This document shows positions 1-11,830 of a DNA stretch of 33,499 bases, one piece after another (position 1 is the first letter of the stretch; every line of letters begins with the position of its first letter). This DNA is from Octopus bimaculoides. Lineage: Eukaryota. The translations under genes were made by a program, and so were the position numbers. Under the pieces are notes generated by a model. That model was not told the origin of the DNA. It saw only the letters and a list, made by a program, of their open reading frames with translations, and did not search any database. The stretch covers positions 54,211,459-54,244,957 of the forward strand of contig NC_068987.1 in assembly GCF_001194135.2 (NCBI RefSeq), in the 5' to 3' direction.

Positions 1-351
1 TATATATATATATATATATATTATTCCATTATATGTGTATATGTGTGTATAAGATCTTCCCTAAGTGTTCTGTGATACTGTCTATTTATGTACGTGTATG
101 TTATTGTATTGTTTATGTGTTACTGTACTTATGTGTTACTGTACTTATGTGTGTGCTTATGGATTGTGCTTAACTCTGTGTGTGGGTGTATGTGTGTGAG
201 GGTGGTGTGTGTGTGTGTGTGTGTGTGTGTTTGTGCTTATTCGTGTGCTAGTGAATGAGAAGATTTTTACTATGCAATGCGTTGGCTTACAGGCATACAT
301 GTTCTCTGAGCACGTATGTGTCCTACCATGTCTGTGTGTGCTGTGTACTGT

Positions 352-408
<57 letters not shown>

Positions 409-533
409 GGTGAGAATGCAAAGCTTTCAACTTCATTGAATGAAAGGACTTTCCATCATACAGAAGAGTAGAAGCGTAAACACTTTACAAAGACTTACGT
501 CATCGTTTTTGGCAGAGGGATATATACGCATAC

Positions 534-571
<38 letters not shown>

Positions 572-1904
572 ATCCAAATATATGTATATGCACACACACA
601 TACATATACATATATATATATGCATGCTTCGATGTATGTGTTTGCAAATATAAGCGTGTGTGAGTGCGAATGCGTACATGCGTAACACTTGGTAACCAGA
701 GACGTATGTATCTCAAAGGATACATCATAATTAGTCCTAGCGTGATGTTTTCATTAAAATTGCTCAACAAATGTTTGCATAAATCATGAATTATTTGGGG
801 TTATAATATCAAGTCTAAACAATAAATAAAAAGAGGAATGAACCAGCTTCTGATACAAAATATAAAAGTAATATGAACGAATTTATCACATAGCAAGTCT
901 TTGCCGAACGTCCTGTGTCGAAAACCAGTCGGTGTATAACAGATAGCAGTATAAGACTAAGGTTATATAGGTATAAAACTGCCTGGGATGGATAACTGTA
1001 ACGAAAATCTGCAACTTTTATATCCAACTAGATAAAACCATCTTGATCTGTTTCGAGAATTATAGTTCTAATTACGTGGCGTATATAAAAGACAGCTCTA
1101 TAAGGCTAGCAATTACGAAGGGTCAGACGGATATAAAACAGCCAGGAACAGACCACTGTACCGAAAATCAAAAACGCTTGACTTATTTATTCAACCGATG
1201 GAAAATAAACTTACCTGTAAATGCTCAATATGAAATTAACTTCCTTAGGGTCATACATATTCCATAACAAAGAACACACACATACCTCCCAGGGTACATC
1301 ACAATGTGATTTGGCGAGGTATTTTTCATGAAACGTGCTCAACAAATGCTCATACGCATTGCGGACTCTCTGGGGCTATAACAGTGAAAACATAAACGCT
1401 AAGAACCAACTTCTAATCCCCCAACTTCTAAATAATACATCCCATATGGCTATTTGATCAGTACAGATAGAGGAGGCCAGCAACACTACTCCAGCGATTG
1501 GCAATAATACACTAGATAAGATGTATCCCTAAATTTCCTCTTTGACTTTATATTCACACCATGAGATGTTTTGAGGCCTCATAACAAACCCGGTGTATAT
1601 ACCATCTTAAGCCGATCTTAAAGACAAATTTGATTATGACACCTCTCTTTTTCCACTGAAGACTATTTTTTTAATACCTTCAACTATGACAGGTCAAAGT
1701 CATTAGTCAAATACGGATATTTAATTTAATAGCTGTACGCATAGTTTAATGGTGTTTTCCCCATATATTTTGATGGTTAGCTGTAGACACATCTTAATTA
1801 GTTCTTTCTCAACATATACATCTGGCACTAACAGGACATTAACGTTCAAGTTCCTATATCAATAAAAGACAGCATTGAATATATATTACAAAATTTAATT
1901 ATAC

Positions 1905-1980
1905 ATACAAACATACATACATACATACATACATACATACATACATACATACATGTATATATATATATATATATACATAT
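1905..1980. repeat. (CATA)n/(TA)n microsatellite
   Basis: Direct reading. Confidence 0.95.
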
Positions 1981-2048
1981 AAATAAATTGATAGAATTAG
2001 ATTTTAAAAAAGCTGGAAAATAGATTTCATAACATTTATCAAGAAAAG

Positions 2049-2096
2049 GTCTTACACCTGTTTCCGGGATATTTTATATATCACTTCATCAGAGAC
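2049..2096 (-). ncRNA. Candidate minimal type I hammerhead ribozyme
   Basis: Reverse complement GTCT-CTGATGA-A-GTGATAT-ATAAA-ATATCCC-G-GAAAC-AGGT-GTA-AGAC. The core is intact, helix I is 4 bp, helix II has 6 of 7 pairs, helix III is near-palindromic, and the site is GUA. Confidence 0.7.
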
Positions 2097-2414
2097 GGTG
2101 CGAGAAAATGTTTGAGTATTAATTATTGTAGAGAAGATATGAAATACAGAAGGAAATAAGAGAATGAATATAAAAGTGAGATACATAAGGATATTGTATT
2201 TGCAGTTCCACGGTGAAAAAAAATTGGGAGGCGAAGAAAATTTTTTGTATTTGGTGTGTGAGTACCAGTGGTGGTTATATTTCGAAGCATAGAGCCTTGT
2301 AAACAGTGTTGGTTGATCGAGGGTGTTTTGTACGTACATACATACATACATACATGCATGCATACATACATACATACATACATACATACATACATACATA
2401 CATACATACATACA

Positions 2415-2620
2415 TACGAGGGGGTGCTGAAGAGTTCCTGGCTTTGCGTAAAAGAAAATACAGGAGGATCAGTTAATTATGATTTTATTCAACATATTCT
2501 CCTCTCAGATTCATATATTTATTGCGGCGGTACTTCAGTTTTTCTAAGCCCTGTAAAAGTAAAAGAACTCGGAAGATTCTTTCGCGATACCTTTCAAACC
2601 TGAAAGAAACTGAAATCTTC
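2415..2620 (+). mobile_element. Mariner-type MITE (copy 1)
   Basis: Begins TA-CGAGGGGGTGCTGAAGAGTTCCTGGCTT, a mariner-like TIR after TA. The body TTAATTATGATTTTATTCAACATATTC..TTTTCTAAGCC..AAAGAACTC..TTTCGCGATACC recurs at 18446-18643. Confidence 0.75.
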
Positions 2621-2624
2621 AAGC

Positions 2625-3448
2625 CCAAAGGAAACTAGAATTTTCCAATAATATTTTAACCACTTAGTTTTACATGTTTACATTTTAATCGCCTTCAAAG
2701 TATTCTCCATTTGAAGCAATGCATCGGTCCAGGCGCGTTTTCCACTATTCGAAGCAGTGTTGGAACTTTTGCGAAATGATGCTTTTCAACACCTCCGTCG
2801 TTTTATGATCACCTCTTCCACATCTGCAAATTCTGCAGCACCAAATTTCATCACCAGTGATGACCTTCGAAAACGGTCCGGATCAACTTCCAACTGTTCA
2901 TTCAGTCCACTACGCTGACTGCTTTTGATCTTCCATGAGCAAAAGAGACATAAATTTTGCTGCAACTCTTTTCATTCGCAATTCCTCACTCAAAGTCTGT
3001 TGGCAACCGCTCCAGGACACACCAGGCATCACCAAGTTCGTCAACTGTGCGGTGATGCTCTCTAAAATCAGTTCATGAATTTTCATGATGTTTTCATTCG
3101 TTCGGGAGGTCGATGGATGTCCTGAACGAGATTGGTCTTCAAGCGACAAGTGACCATTCCTTAAAGCTTGAAAAACACTCGTAAACTTGTGTTTTGCATC
3201 GTGGTAGCGTCCTTGTAAGCTGTCTGAAACATGACAACCACCTTGGCCGCCGTTTTCTCCGGCAGAAAGCAGAATTTCACGGAAGCACATTGTCCCTTCG
3301 TTTCAGCCATCGCAAAACAAAGACGCACCACGTAGTAGTACGACTTTACTCCATGACGTCATCAAGTGGCTTCTGGTGGCAGAAGCCTAAACTACTATGG
3401 ACTTGTACCACAGAGAACGTTTCCGGTTATTTTTGTTACCTCCTCGTA
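2625..3448 (-). mobile_element. Mariner (Tc1/mariner) DNA transposon, internally deleted and frameshifted
   Basis: The minus strand from ATG 3310 to TAA 2685 gives frameshifted pieces MAE..ASVKFCFL, RNGHLSLEDQSRSGHPSTSRTNENIMKIHELIL, LSEELRMKRVAAKFM, VITGDEIWC, then jumps (about 2835) to FADVEEV..WKTRLDRCIASNGEYFEGD*. A terminal repeat TACGAGGAGGTAACAAAAATAACCGG (reverse complement of 3423-3448) ends in TA next to (TA)n. Confidence 0.9.
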
Positions 3449-3465
3449 TATATACATATACATAC

Positions 3466-3506
<41 letters not shown>

Positions 3507-3758
3507 TACATACATACATACATCCATCCATCCATACATACATACATACATATATACATACATACACGGACAAGGCAAGACTGAGATATGTATATGTGTT
3601 TGCATGTATGCATGAATGTGTATATATATATTATGTGTGTGTGTGTGTGTATGTGTGTATGTGTGTGTATGTATGTGTGTATGTGTGTATGTATAAATGT
3701 ATGTATGTATGTATAAATGTATGTATGTATGTATGTATGTATGTATGTATGTATGTAT
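3449..3758. repeat. Compound microsatellite (TA, AG, CATA, TG, TATG)
   Basis: Direct reading. Confidence 0.95.
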
Positions 3759-3759
3759 A

Positions 3760-3960
3760 GTTCAAATTTATAGAAAAGCAAAGGCGAAGATAAGTGTATG
3801 AGCAAGTGTACAAGCAAGTATATTAGTTTGACGCTCAGGAAAAATAGAAAAGTCTTTTACGTTTCGAGCCTACGCTCTTCGACAGAAATGGAAAAGAGGA
3901 AATAAATAGAGAGAGAATGAAAAAACGTGCTGAGTTCAATGGTCCAGCATGGCGAATATA
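3760..3960 (-). mobile_element. Short dispersed repeat with an HHR-like motif, probably a Penelope-type terminus (copy 1)
   Basis: Shares TATTAGT..ACGCTC.GGAA..AGTCTTT.ACGTTTCGAG.CTA.GCTCTTC.ACAGAAA..CATGG.GAATATA with 14178-14382. Confidence 0.65.
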
Positions 3961-3975
3961 TGTGTGTGTGTGTTT

Positions 3976-4015
<40 letters not shown>

Positions 4016-4700
4016 TTATGTAAGTATGTGTGTATGCATGTATGTATGTATGACTAAACTGTATCCGTTATTGGGACACTGGTTCGGGAGTTATAAGAGT
4101 TTGAGGAGTGTGAAACCGCCACCTAGTCACCATTGATCCCGGGTCAACTCTGACCCAGAGTTAAAGCACTTGTCAGGGTTCCGTCTATCGGTTATCTACT
4201 ATGGGACGCAGAAATACCCTTAGGGGATGTCGGGGCCCGCTGTAAAACCACCGGAAGTGAGGGACCCTTAGCTGTTACCATACCATCGTTCTAGGAGAGG
4301 AATATTCAGATGTATCACCTGAGTTTTCACGATATTACCGGTCTTCACGCTTCGACCTGTCACTGGATACTAATCAGAGAGACTCAAAGAGAGGTACTCG
4401 TGGTGTACAAGCATTTATCAGATAATACAATGACGTATGGATGTATATTTATGGTGACTTCGTTTGTCATCTCATCTACTGAAAGTCCTATGGTAATAGA
4501 CGAGTGGTGGTGTGTGCGGACCTGACTGGTTAGAAGTGCGCAATTAAGTTAGAACTTTCGTCTGTCACCTATGCTTCAAACCGTTCAGTTCTGCAGCGGG
4601 ACTGGATAGACATCTGAGAGATCATGGACGAACAGTCAGAAATGTCATTGACAACAAAGAAGCACAAGGAAACGGCAATCACCTCTGAAGCTGGAGCAAT

Positions 4701-4735
<35 letters not shown>

Positions 4736-5299
4736 TAATGCCTATAGTCTTCTACCAACTTTCCAGTAACAATTAGTTTAAGAGTAAGAATTTTTACATT
4801 ACAACCCACTCTAGAACTTTTTTCTAAACCGTTTTATTAAAGAGAAAAAATATTCTTAGGATTTGTATGTTCTGTTTTTACTTTTTCTTTTACTTTCTTT
4901 TTTGATCAGAGATGCATTAGAGTTATGGGAACGTACAGCTGTTATTTTATTTTGTTTTTTAATATGTCTATATTTATAATTATTTTTTTGACTGATATGC
5001 AAATATATTCTGTTTGCATTTGAAGCATGTAAATGTATTTTTTGAAGCATATAAATATATTTTATGTCTCATTTTTTAATTACATCTTTCCATCCTGAAC
5101 GTATTAAAACATCATCATTTAAAATTTTCAGAAAAATGAAACCGTTCAATGCAAAAAATTTTGAATTACATATCGCTTCCATTATTTTGGAGAACTAATT
5201 CACCTATTATGAGATAATCGTGTTGCTTACCCATATACCTAACATATAAACAGATGTATAAAACATATTTTAATATTCTTTACTAATGTTATATGAAGT

Positions 5300-5460
5300 G
5301 TTGAATTAGTAGAATCGTTAAAGCGGTGTTGGAATACCTACAATATTCATTCTGGTTCTCTATTTTCTGAGCTCGATCCCATTCGAGGCCAACTTTGTCA
5401 TCCATTCTTTCGTGGTCTATAAAGTTCCAGAACTGATCAGAACTGAGATCAATTCTCCGG
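5300..5460 (+). mobile_element. SINE family A, highly decayed
   Basis: AGAATCGTTA..TTCTGAGCTCGATCCC..GAGGCCAACTTTGTCATCCATTCTTTCGTGGTCTATAAAG aligns loosely to family A. Confidence 0.5.
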
Positions 5461-6032
5461 ATTGTACCAATAGCTCAAAGGTCCGACCTTATTACACAGT
5501 GTTACGTTGATTGGGTCTGAGAATTGTATTAAGAGTGTCTATAAAATGTTCCTCCGTTCATATACTAATCTCATCAGAAGGAATTCAGCTCAACGTCGAT
5601 ACCAACAGATAATACACCACCAGGTTGTTTTACCAGTTTTCAAATTTTTTTACATATATAATTGTTTATTTAATTTATTTATTTAGTTTAGATTCTGAAT
5701 CTCTGATCATCACAACAAAAATCTGAAGATTGTTTTCAAAGAAAAATGAAAAAGGTATAATAAAAACATTAAGGGGATTAAGGAGATAAAATAATCCTTC
5801 TTTTACTGAATAAAAGTCAACTTTTCTCCAGTGTTTACGACTACTCCATCACGTCTAATGCTTTTACATCTATCTTTAACGATTATTTTTTACGTCTTGT
5901 ACATTTATCCTATTTCCAGTAGTGTTTGCAACGGGAATATTCACATGATCATACAAGAAGGCAAAAATAATAACCTTACAGAAATCAATAATATAGAGAG
6001 CCGTTGTTAGAAATCAATATTATCGAAAGTTA

Positions 6033-6245
6033 AGGCGACGAGCTGGCAGAATCGTTGCCGCGCCGGACAAAATGCTTAGTGGCATTTCTTCCGACTTTAC
6101 ATCCTGAGTTCAGATTCCACCAGGCTCGACTTTGCCTTTCGTCTTTGCGGGGCCGATGAAACAAGTACCAGTTGAGTACTGAGATCAATGTAATAGACTT
6201 ACCTCATTCCTGAAATTGTTGGCGGCCTTGTGCCAAAATTTGAGA
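6033..6245 (+). mobile_element. tRNA-derived SINE family A (Meta/MESC-like core)
   Basis: Head GGCGACGAGCTGGCAGAATCGTT, B-box-like GAGTTCAGATTCC, core CGACTTTGCCTTTC..AAGTACCAGTTGAGTACTG. Many homologues in the window. Confidence 0.85.
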
Positions 6246-6439
6246 CTAATGTTATCGATAGATGGGATATAGCGTTCGGCAAAATCTATTTTGCCTGTCA
6301 TGGTTATGGTAGATGTGTGGTTCGAAACCCGTAAGTAGCTTTCCGCTTTTTTTCTCTTTTTCTCTTTTTCATCCAAGATGTTTTTAACCTAATGTATTAC
6401 AAGATATGTATGTGCATGCATGCGATAGTGTATATCTGT

Positions 6440-6701
6440 TTGTCTGTTTGTTGGTATGTATGCATGTATGTATGTATGTATGTATGTATGTATGCATGTA
6501 TGTATGTATGTATTATGTATGCATGCATGTATGTATGTATGTATGTACGTATTATGTATGTATGTATTATGTACGTATGCATGTATGTATGTATGTATGT
6601 ATGTATGTATGTATGTATGTACGTGTGTATGTATGTATGTATATATGTATGCATGTATGTATGTATGTATGTATGTATGTATGTATGTGTGTGTGTGTGT
6701 G
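6440..6701. repeat. (TATG)n/(TG)n microsatellite
   Basis: Direct reading. Confidence 0.95.
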
Positions 6702-7100
6702 CGAGGACTTGGAAACACCTGGGTTGGTGTCCAGGCGCGCGGTTGGGCACTGGGAGTGGGAGGCCCCTCTGATGCTATCACACCTCTCTAGGAGAGGGAA
6801 ACTGAGAGAAAACCTGCGAGACTGACAATATTCGATGATGTAGACTAGTTCTACCTTTCGAGTTTATGTTGTCCATGTTCAGAAAGTGGGATTGGATTTG
6901 AGTAAATCCTTTACTCACTATTAAAAAAATCATTATGCACAGGCATCGCTTGAAAAAAATGTAAAACTTATCGCAAAAATGGCTGGTTGTAGCATTTGCT
7001 TGTGTGCGACTTTCAATCAGGCGCGAACACGAATCTGCAGCCATCATGTATGTATGTATGTATGTATGTATGTATGTGTGTATGTATGTGTGTATGTGTG

Positions 7101-7134
<34 letters not shown>

Positions 7135-7924
7135 TGTATGTATAAGCAAGGGGTCATGGTATGCCCTGCTCGCTCACTCAGTAATAATGATGATGATGAT
7201 GGTGGTGGTGATGATGACGATGAATATTATAAATTTTCAATTTCAATATTAAGGGTAGTTAGAAAATAAAGGTTTAAATTTAAACATTTCATATTCTAAG
7301 TTGTATGTGCGACTGAAAGTTGTGTTCCGAAATTTTTAATTCATCCCTCTTCACGACACAGGTAACTCCACAGTTGATTTCTATCTATGACACGAATCCC
7401 AATTTGTTTCGGATTGTCGTGATTCTCTCTCTTCTTTTTTTTTTTTTTTTTTTTCTTGCTAAAATCTTTTTCGACTTGCGCAGATTTCCTTAAGAAACTT
7501 TTCGATTTTGTCTGCTAATTTTATATTTTTCATACTTTATCTTTCTTTATTTTTCGCCACATCTTACATGTATATATATGTACGTGTATTTGTATGTATG
7601 TATGTATGTATGTATGTACGTACGTATGTATATATGTGCATGCGCGTTCGTGTGAGGGGCTGAATTTGAAAAGAAATAATTGAGATGTCAAGCTGTCTCA
7701 AACAAATTGACCATTGTAATACTTTTAACTGGATGAAGTCTCCAATACATGTGTGTATGAGTGTATGTGAGTAATTACATGATCTCTCTCTCTCTCTATC
7801 GCACACACACACACACACGTACACATGTATGTATGTATGTGTCTATCGTATATATACAATACATACATACATATATACGTATGTATGCATGTCTCGTAAT
7901 GTAAGAGTTGTAAACTATATTCGG

Positions 7925-8135
7925 TTCAACTTTTCGTACAAGACCAGAATGTTCGAGGGGGAGCGAGTAAGTCGATTACATCGACCCCAGTGCTCAGCTG
8001 AAATTTATTTTATGGCCCCCAGAAGGATAAAAGGCAAAGTCGACCCCAACAACATTTGAACTCAGAACGTAAGGATGGACGAAATTCCGCGAAGCATTTT
8101 TTCCGGCGCGGTAATGATTCTGCCAGCTCGCTTCC
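7925..8135 (-). mobile_element. SINE family A
   Basis: AAGTCGATTACATCGACCCCAGTGCTCA..AAGGCAAAGTCGACC..TTTGAACTCAGAACGT..GATTCTGCCAGCTCG is the reverse complement of family A. Confidence 0.9.
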
Positions 8136-8451
8136 CAAGAGTTGTAAGCTATATTGAAGCATATGTTACACAGTGCAAACATCACTTGATATAGAATTCA
8201 ATTTGTATAGAGTGGCCTACCATGCAATTTAGGGATTTAAAAAACTGAAAATGTAAATTGACTAGATGTAAAGACAGTGAACTACCATAATTCTATATAG
8301 ACATTCTATAGTGCACAGATAGGAACAATGACACCTTTTTTCCCGTCAGCTCAGTATTCATGCAGGATTATTGCATTGCTATCATGTATCGACATGCAAG
8401 CCATCTTTGTGTTTGTTTCAGGCTATATAATACACTGGTACGGTGCACTGC

Positions 8452-8772
8452 CTAGCTCCCCGTCGGTTGTGGCGATAAACGTTCCAGTTGATTTGATCAA
8501 TGGAATAGCCTGCTTGTGAAATTAACGTGCAAATGGCTGAGCACTCCACAGACACGCGTACCACTAACGTGCGAATTGTTCTCAAGGAAATTCAGCGTGA
8601 CACAGAATGTGACAAGGCTGGCCCTTTTGAATTACAGGTTCGACTTATTTTTGCCAGTCGAGTAGACTGAAGAAACATGAAATAAAGTGTCTTGCCCAAG
8701 GACACACCGCGTCAATAGGAATCGAAATTGCGTGAGCCGAATGACCTAAACACTAAGCCACGCGCCTTCACA
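8452..8772 (-). mobile_element. SINE family B, variant middle region
   Basis: Reverse complement of the family B 3' domain (GTTCCAGTTGAT..GTGAAATTAACGTGCAA..AGCACTCCACAGACACG) plus head GTGAAGGCGCGTGGCTTAGTG. Confidence 0.85.
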
Positions 8773-9124
8773 CGGTATACTACAGCTGCTATTTCTGAAA
8801 TACTAACTATATCAATATAAGGTACTATAAAATTAAAGGCTTACGGATATGATATAATGAAGGAGACTTGTTAATAAAAATTTAGCGATTTCGCTAGTTC
8901 ACTTCATGTTCTTTTTATCAAATTATGAGATGTCGCTTTCGTCGTTTCCGATAAATTTACATTTCTTTAAACCCCTAAACTGTATGTTAACCACGGCGTT
9001 TTCAGGCATTTTAGACCTACTGGAAGCCAATACCTCTTCATGTCTGATCATAGTCGTTTTCTTCCAGAAGAGAGGAAAAAGCACTGAATGAGTGACTGAT
9101 GAAAGGGAAGATCCGTCGCTCGTA

Positions 9125-9255
9125 TACAACTGGTAATTTCTTTATTGACTCCGAAAGATTGAATGGCAAAGACGACCTCCACGTGATTTGAACTCAAAAC
9201 AGAAAACTGGAACGAACAATGCAAGGAAATTTCTCCGGCACTCTACCAATATATC
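9125..9255 (-). mobile_element. SINE family A, partial and decayed
   Basis: TTATTGACTCCGAAAGATTGAATGGCAAAGACGACCTCC..TTTGAACTCAAAAC. Confidence 0.6.
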
Positions 9256-9505
9256 GAGATAGATAGATAGAAAGAGAGAGAGAGAGGGGGGAGAGAGAGA
9301 TAATGTAAGGATGTTTATGTATGTATGTATGTATGTATGTATGTATGTATGTATGTATGTATATGAAAACTGAAGAAATAGAAGAGAAGAGGGTGAAGAA
9401 GGGGAAGGCAAGGGAGAAACAGGAGGAGTACGAAAGCACATCATTACTAAAAATACCTCATTCAATCATGTAACTGAACCCTCGTCTGTGGTGGATTAGT
9501 TGTCT

Positions 9506-9507
<2 letters not shown>

Positions 9508-9579
<72 letters not shown>
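9508..9579. repeat. (TTA)n microsatellite
   Basis: Direct reading. Confidence 0.97.
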
Positions 9580-9921
9580 TGTTTTTCTTCATAGCACAGA
9601 GAAGAAATGTAAATGATATTGTAGATTGATATCAGTTACNNNNNNNNNNNNNNNNNNNNNNNNNNNNNNNNNNNNNNNNNNNNNNNNNNNNNNNNNNNNN
9701 NNNNNNNNNNNNNNNNNNNNNNNNNNNNNNNNNNNNNNNNNNNNNNNNNNNNNNNNNNNNNNNNNNNNNNNNNNNNNNNNNNNNNNNNNNNNNNNNNNNN
9801 NNNNNNNNNNNNNNNNNNNNNNNNNNNNNNNNNNNNNNNNNNNNNNNNNNNNNNNNNNNNNNNNNNNNNNNNNNNNNNNNNNNNNNNNNNNNNNNNNNNN
9901 NNNNNNNNNNNNNNNNNNNNN

Positions 9922-9922
9922 N

Positions 9923-10002
<80 letters not shown>
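9922..10002. repeat. (GT)n microsatellite at a gap edge
   Basis: Direct reading. Confidence 0.97.
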
Positions 10003-10004
<2 letters not shown>

Positions 10005-10947
10005 AAAAAACAAACAAGTAGTAGCAAATCTCGCTATACCTGTTGTCTATTGCTGGCTCATGAGATATTTATTACACATTGCTCTACAAGATCTATTTTC
10101 GTGTACAGTGAAACTGACACTGGATATTATTTAGATATCCTACCTCTCGCGTCTATCTTCAGAGGTTCCCTTTCTCCCTTCTCTTTATTATTCTACTCCA
10201 ACTCTACTACAGCTACTACCATTATTTCTACCTTACTCCAACCACTCAACCACTACTAATGTGCAATCTGATATTTTTCTGCAACACCCCTTCCAAAAAA
10301 AATGGAAAAAGAAGGTGCATCTGGTTTAAATCTTTAGTTATTATTATTTTTGTTATATTTTAATTTTATTTATTGTCTATTATCCATAATTTATTTGATT
10401 TGGATGATTGAGTTTCTGCTGCTCTGAAATCTCAGAACAAATGAATCTGTTAAACCCCAATATTTATTTTAATTTTTTTGTCCTCTTCCCTCATCCAGTG
10501 ATTATTGAACAAAATAATCTTTGTTTGGGTCTTTTCAGTCTTATATACCAAATCCGATTCTTGTGAAAATTTTCCACCCCACCTCCTAAAAGATATGGTT
10601 ATGAGTTATGTAATTAACATGAAAAACTGTATCAGTGTAGAATTTTATTTTTAAAAAGCCGTTTTCGTATGCCAAATAGAAAAGATCTTTTTGTTATCAT
10701 TTTTCGAACATTTGCTTGTGTTTAAGAATTTGAGAATATATACTCAACGACTTATGACATTTCAGACGAAAGCTAACTCATTTACTTTTCAAATGAAATG
10801 TAATATACATACATACATGGTGGTGGTTGTCTACTCCTTACACAGAGTTTGACCACTTCCTGCACCTACACCTTAGCCCTTTCATGGCGTCTGATGTGGC
10901 TTTTTAAACCAGACAATGTTTTGAAAAAACACCCACACATACATACA

Positions 10948-10981
<34 letters not shown>

Positions 10982-11001
10982 CATACATAAACCACAACCG
11001 A

Positions 11002-11350
11002 GATATGTAATACACTGCCTAAATACCAATCTTGAGAAATTAGGATTTTCAAAACCGGAAAGGAGAAAACTGATAAAAAGACGACAGATTCAAGCCATCA
11101 CTGGAACTGTAAAAATTTGTAAAACTTTCCAGAAGTTTATCATTGAAGTATATGTGGGTTTGTCTAGACATGCAACTATATGCATGAGAATACGTACATA
11201 AAACAAAACATACAAATTTGCACATATACATACATATATACATACATACACACCCTATTGATGTTGTTGAAATTTCAATGATGGAGCATTCGATCTAGAT
11301 AGAAAGCGGTTCAATCTCTATTGGCAAGAAATCTTGAAATAAAACTGAAT
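11002..11350 (+). mobile_element. Second, shorter 3'-end copy of the same R4/Dong-like LINE
   Basis: AATCTTGAGAAATTAGGATTTTCAAAACCGGAAAGGAGAAAACTG (NLEKLGFSKPERRKL) and the UTR ending AAATCTTGAAATAAAACTGAAT match the reverse complement of 30095-30480. Confidence 0.85.
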
Positions 11351-11609
11351 GTCACCCTTTCAAACCACCTCTCAAATCTTAAGCCTCATCGACCTACAAC
11401 TTAATCTCATCATGCCAAGATTACATTGTGACCATGAATAGGCACCTAGAAGATGACCTGAAGTGAGGCCACACCAATTTTGTCTCCTTTAACAGCAAAT
11501 AAAAAAAGCACAATCACTGGACATACCAAGAAAACATAATCGTATTTGACACTCTCACCACCGCTAATAAAGAAAAACAAACTTAAATAACACGAAACGA
11601 GTATCTATA

Positions 11610-11830
11610 TAGTCACTTCAAGTGCTACCTCAGGATCACTGAGAATCTCTCCGAGAGAAATTACATCCTTAACGTAGCATCTCAAAGTCTGGTCTTCCCC
11701 TCAGACCTAGAGAATGCTTCACCTTACTCCCACCCTCCCAGACTACTTATCCTCTCCAAAGCTCAGAAGACGTCTGCAATAGAGTACGGCTCCCATATCT
11801 GGAACTGTGAGGATACTACACAAACAGATA
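11610..11830 (+). mobile_element. Degenerate CR1/L2/Jockey-group LINE RT C-terminal fragment
   Basis: One frame reads RLLILSKAQKTSAIEYGSHIW (11740-11802), resembling the LLxLYKAQIRPxMEYxSHxW segment of such LINEs. Upstream sequence is frameshifted. Confidence 0.55.

Noticed and set aside
5545-5580. Minus-strand CTGATGA at 5571-5577
   Set aside because: No pairing helix II and GGAAC instead of GAAAC; likely chance.
7250-7430. Possible Cys-rich transposase tail with TTAAGGG end (piggyBac-like)
   Set aside because: TTAA/GGG is in the wrong orientation for a piggyBac end and the translation is too broken.
9030-9062. 27-nt minus-strand micro-exon candidate (KTTMIRHEE)
   Set aside because: Weak AAG acceptor, very short, and no recognisable protein.
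11445-11490. TAGAAGA TGACCT GAAGTG AGGCCA hairpin resembling an HHR helix II
   Set aside because: Both core segments are mutated.
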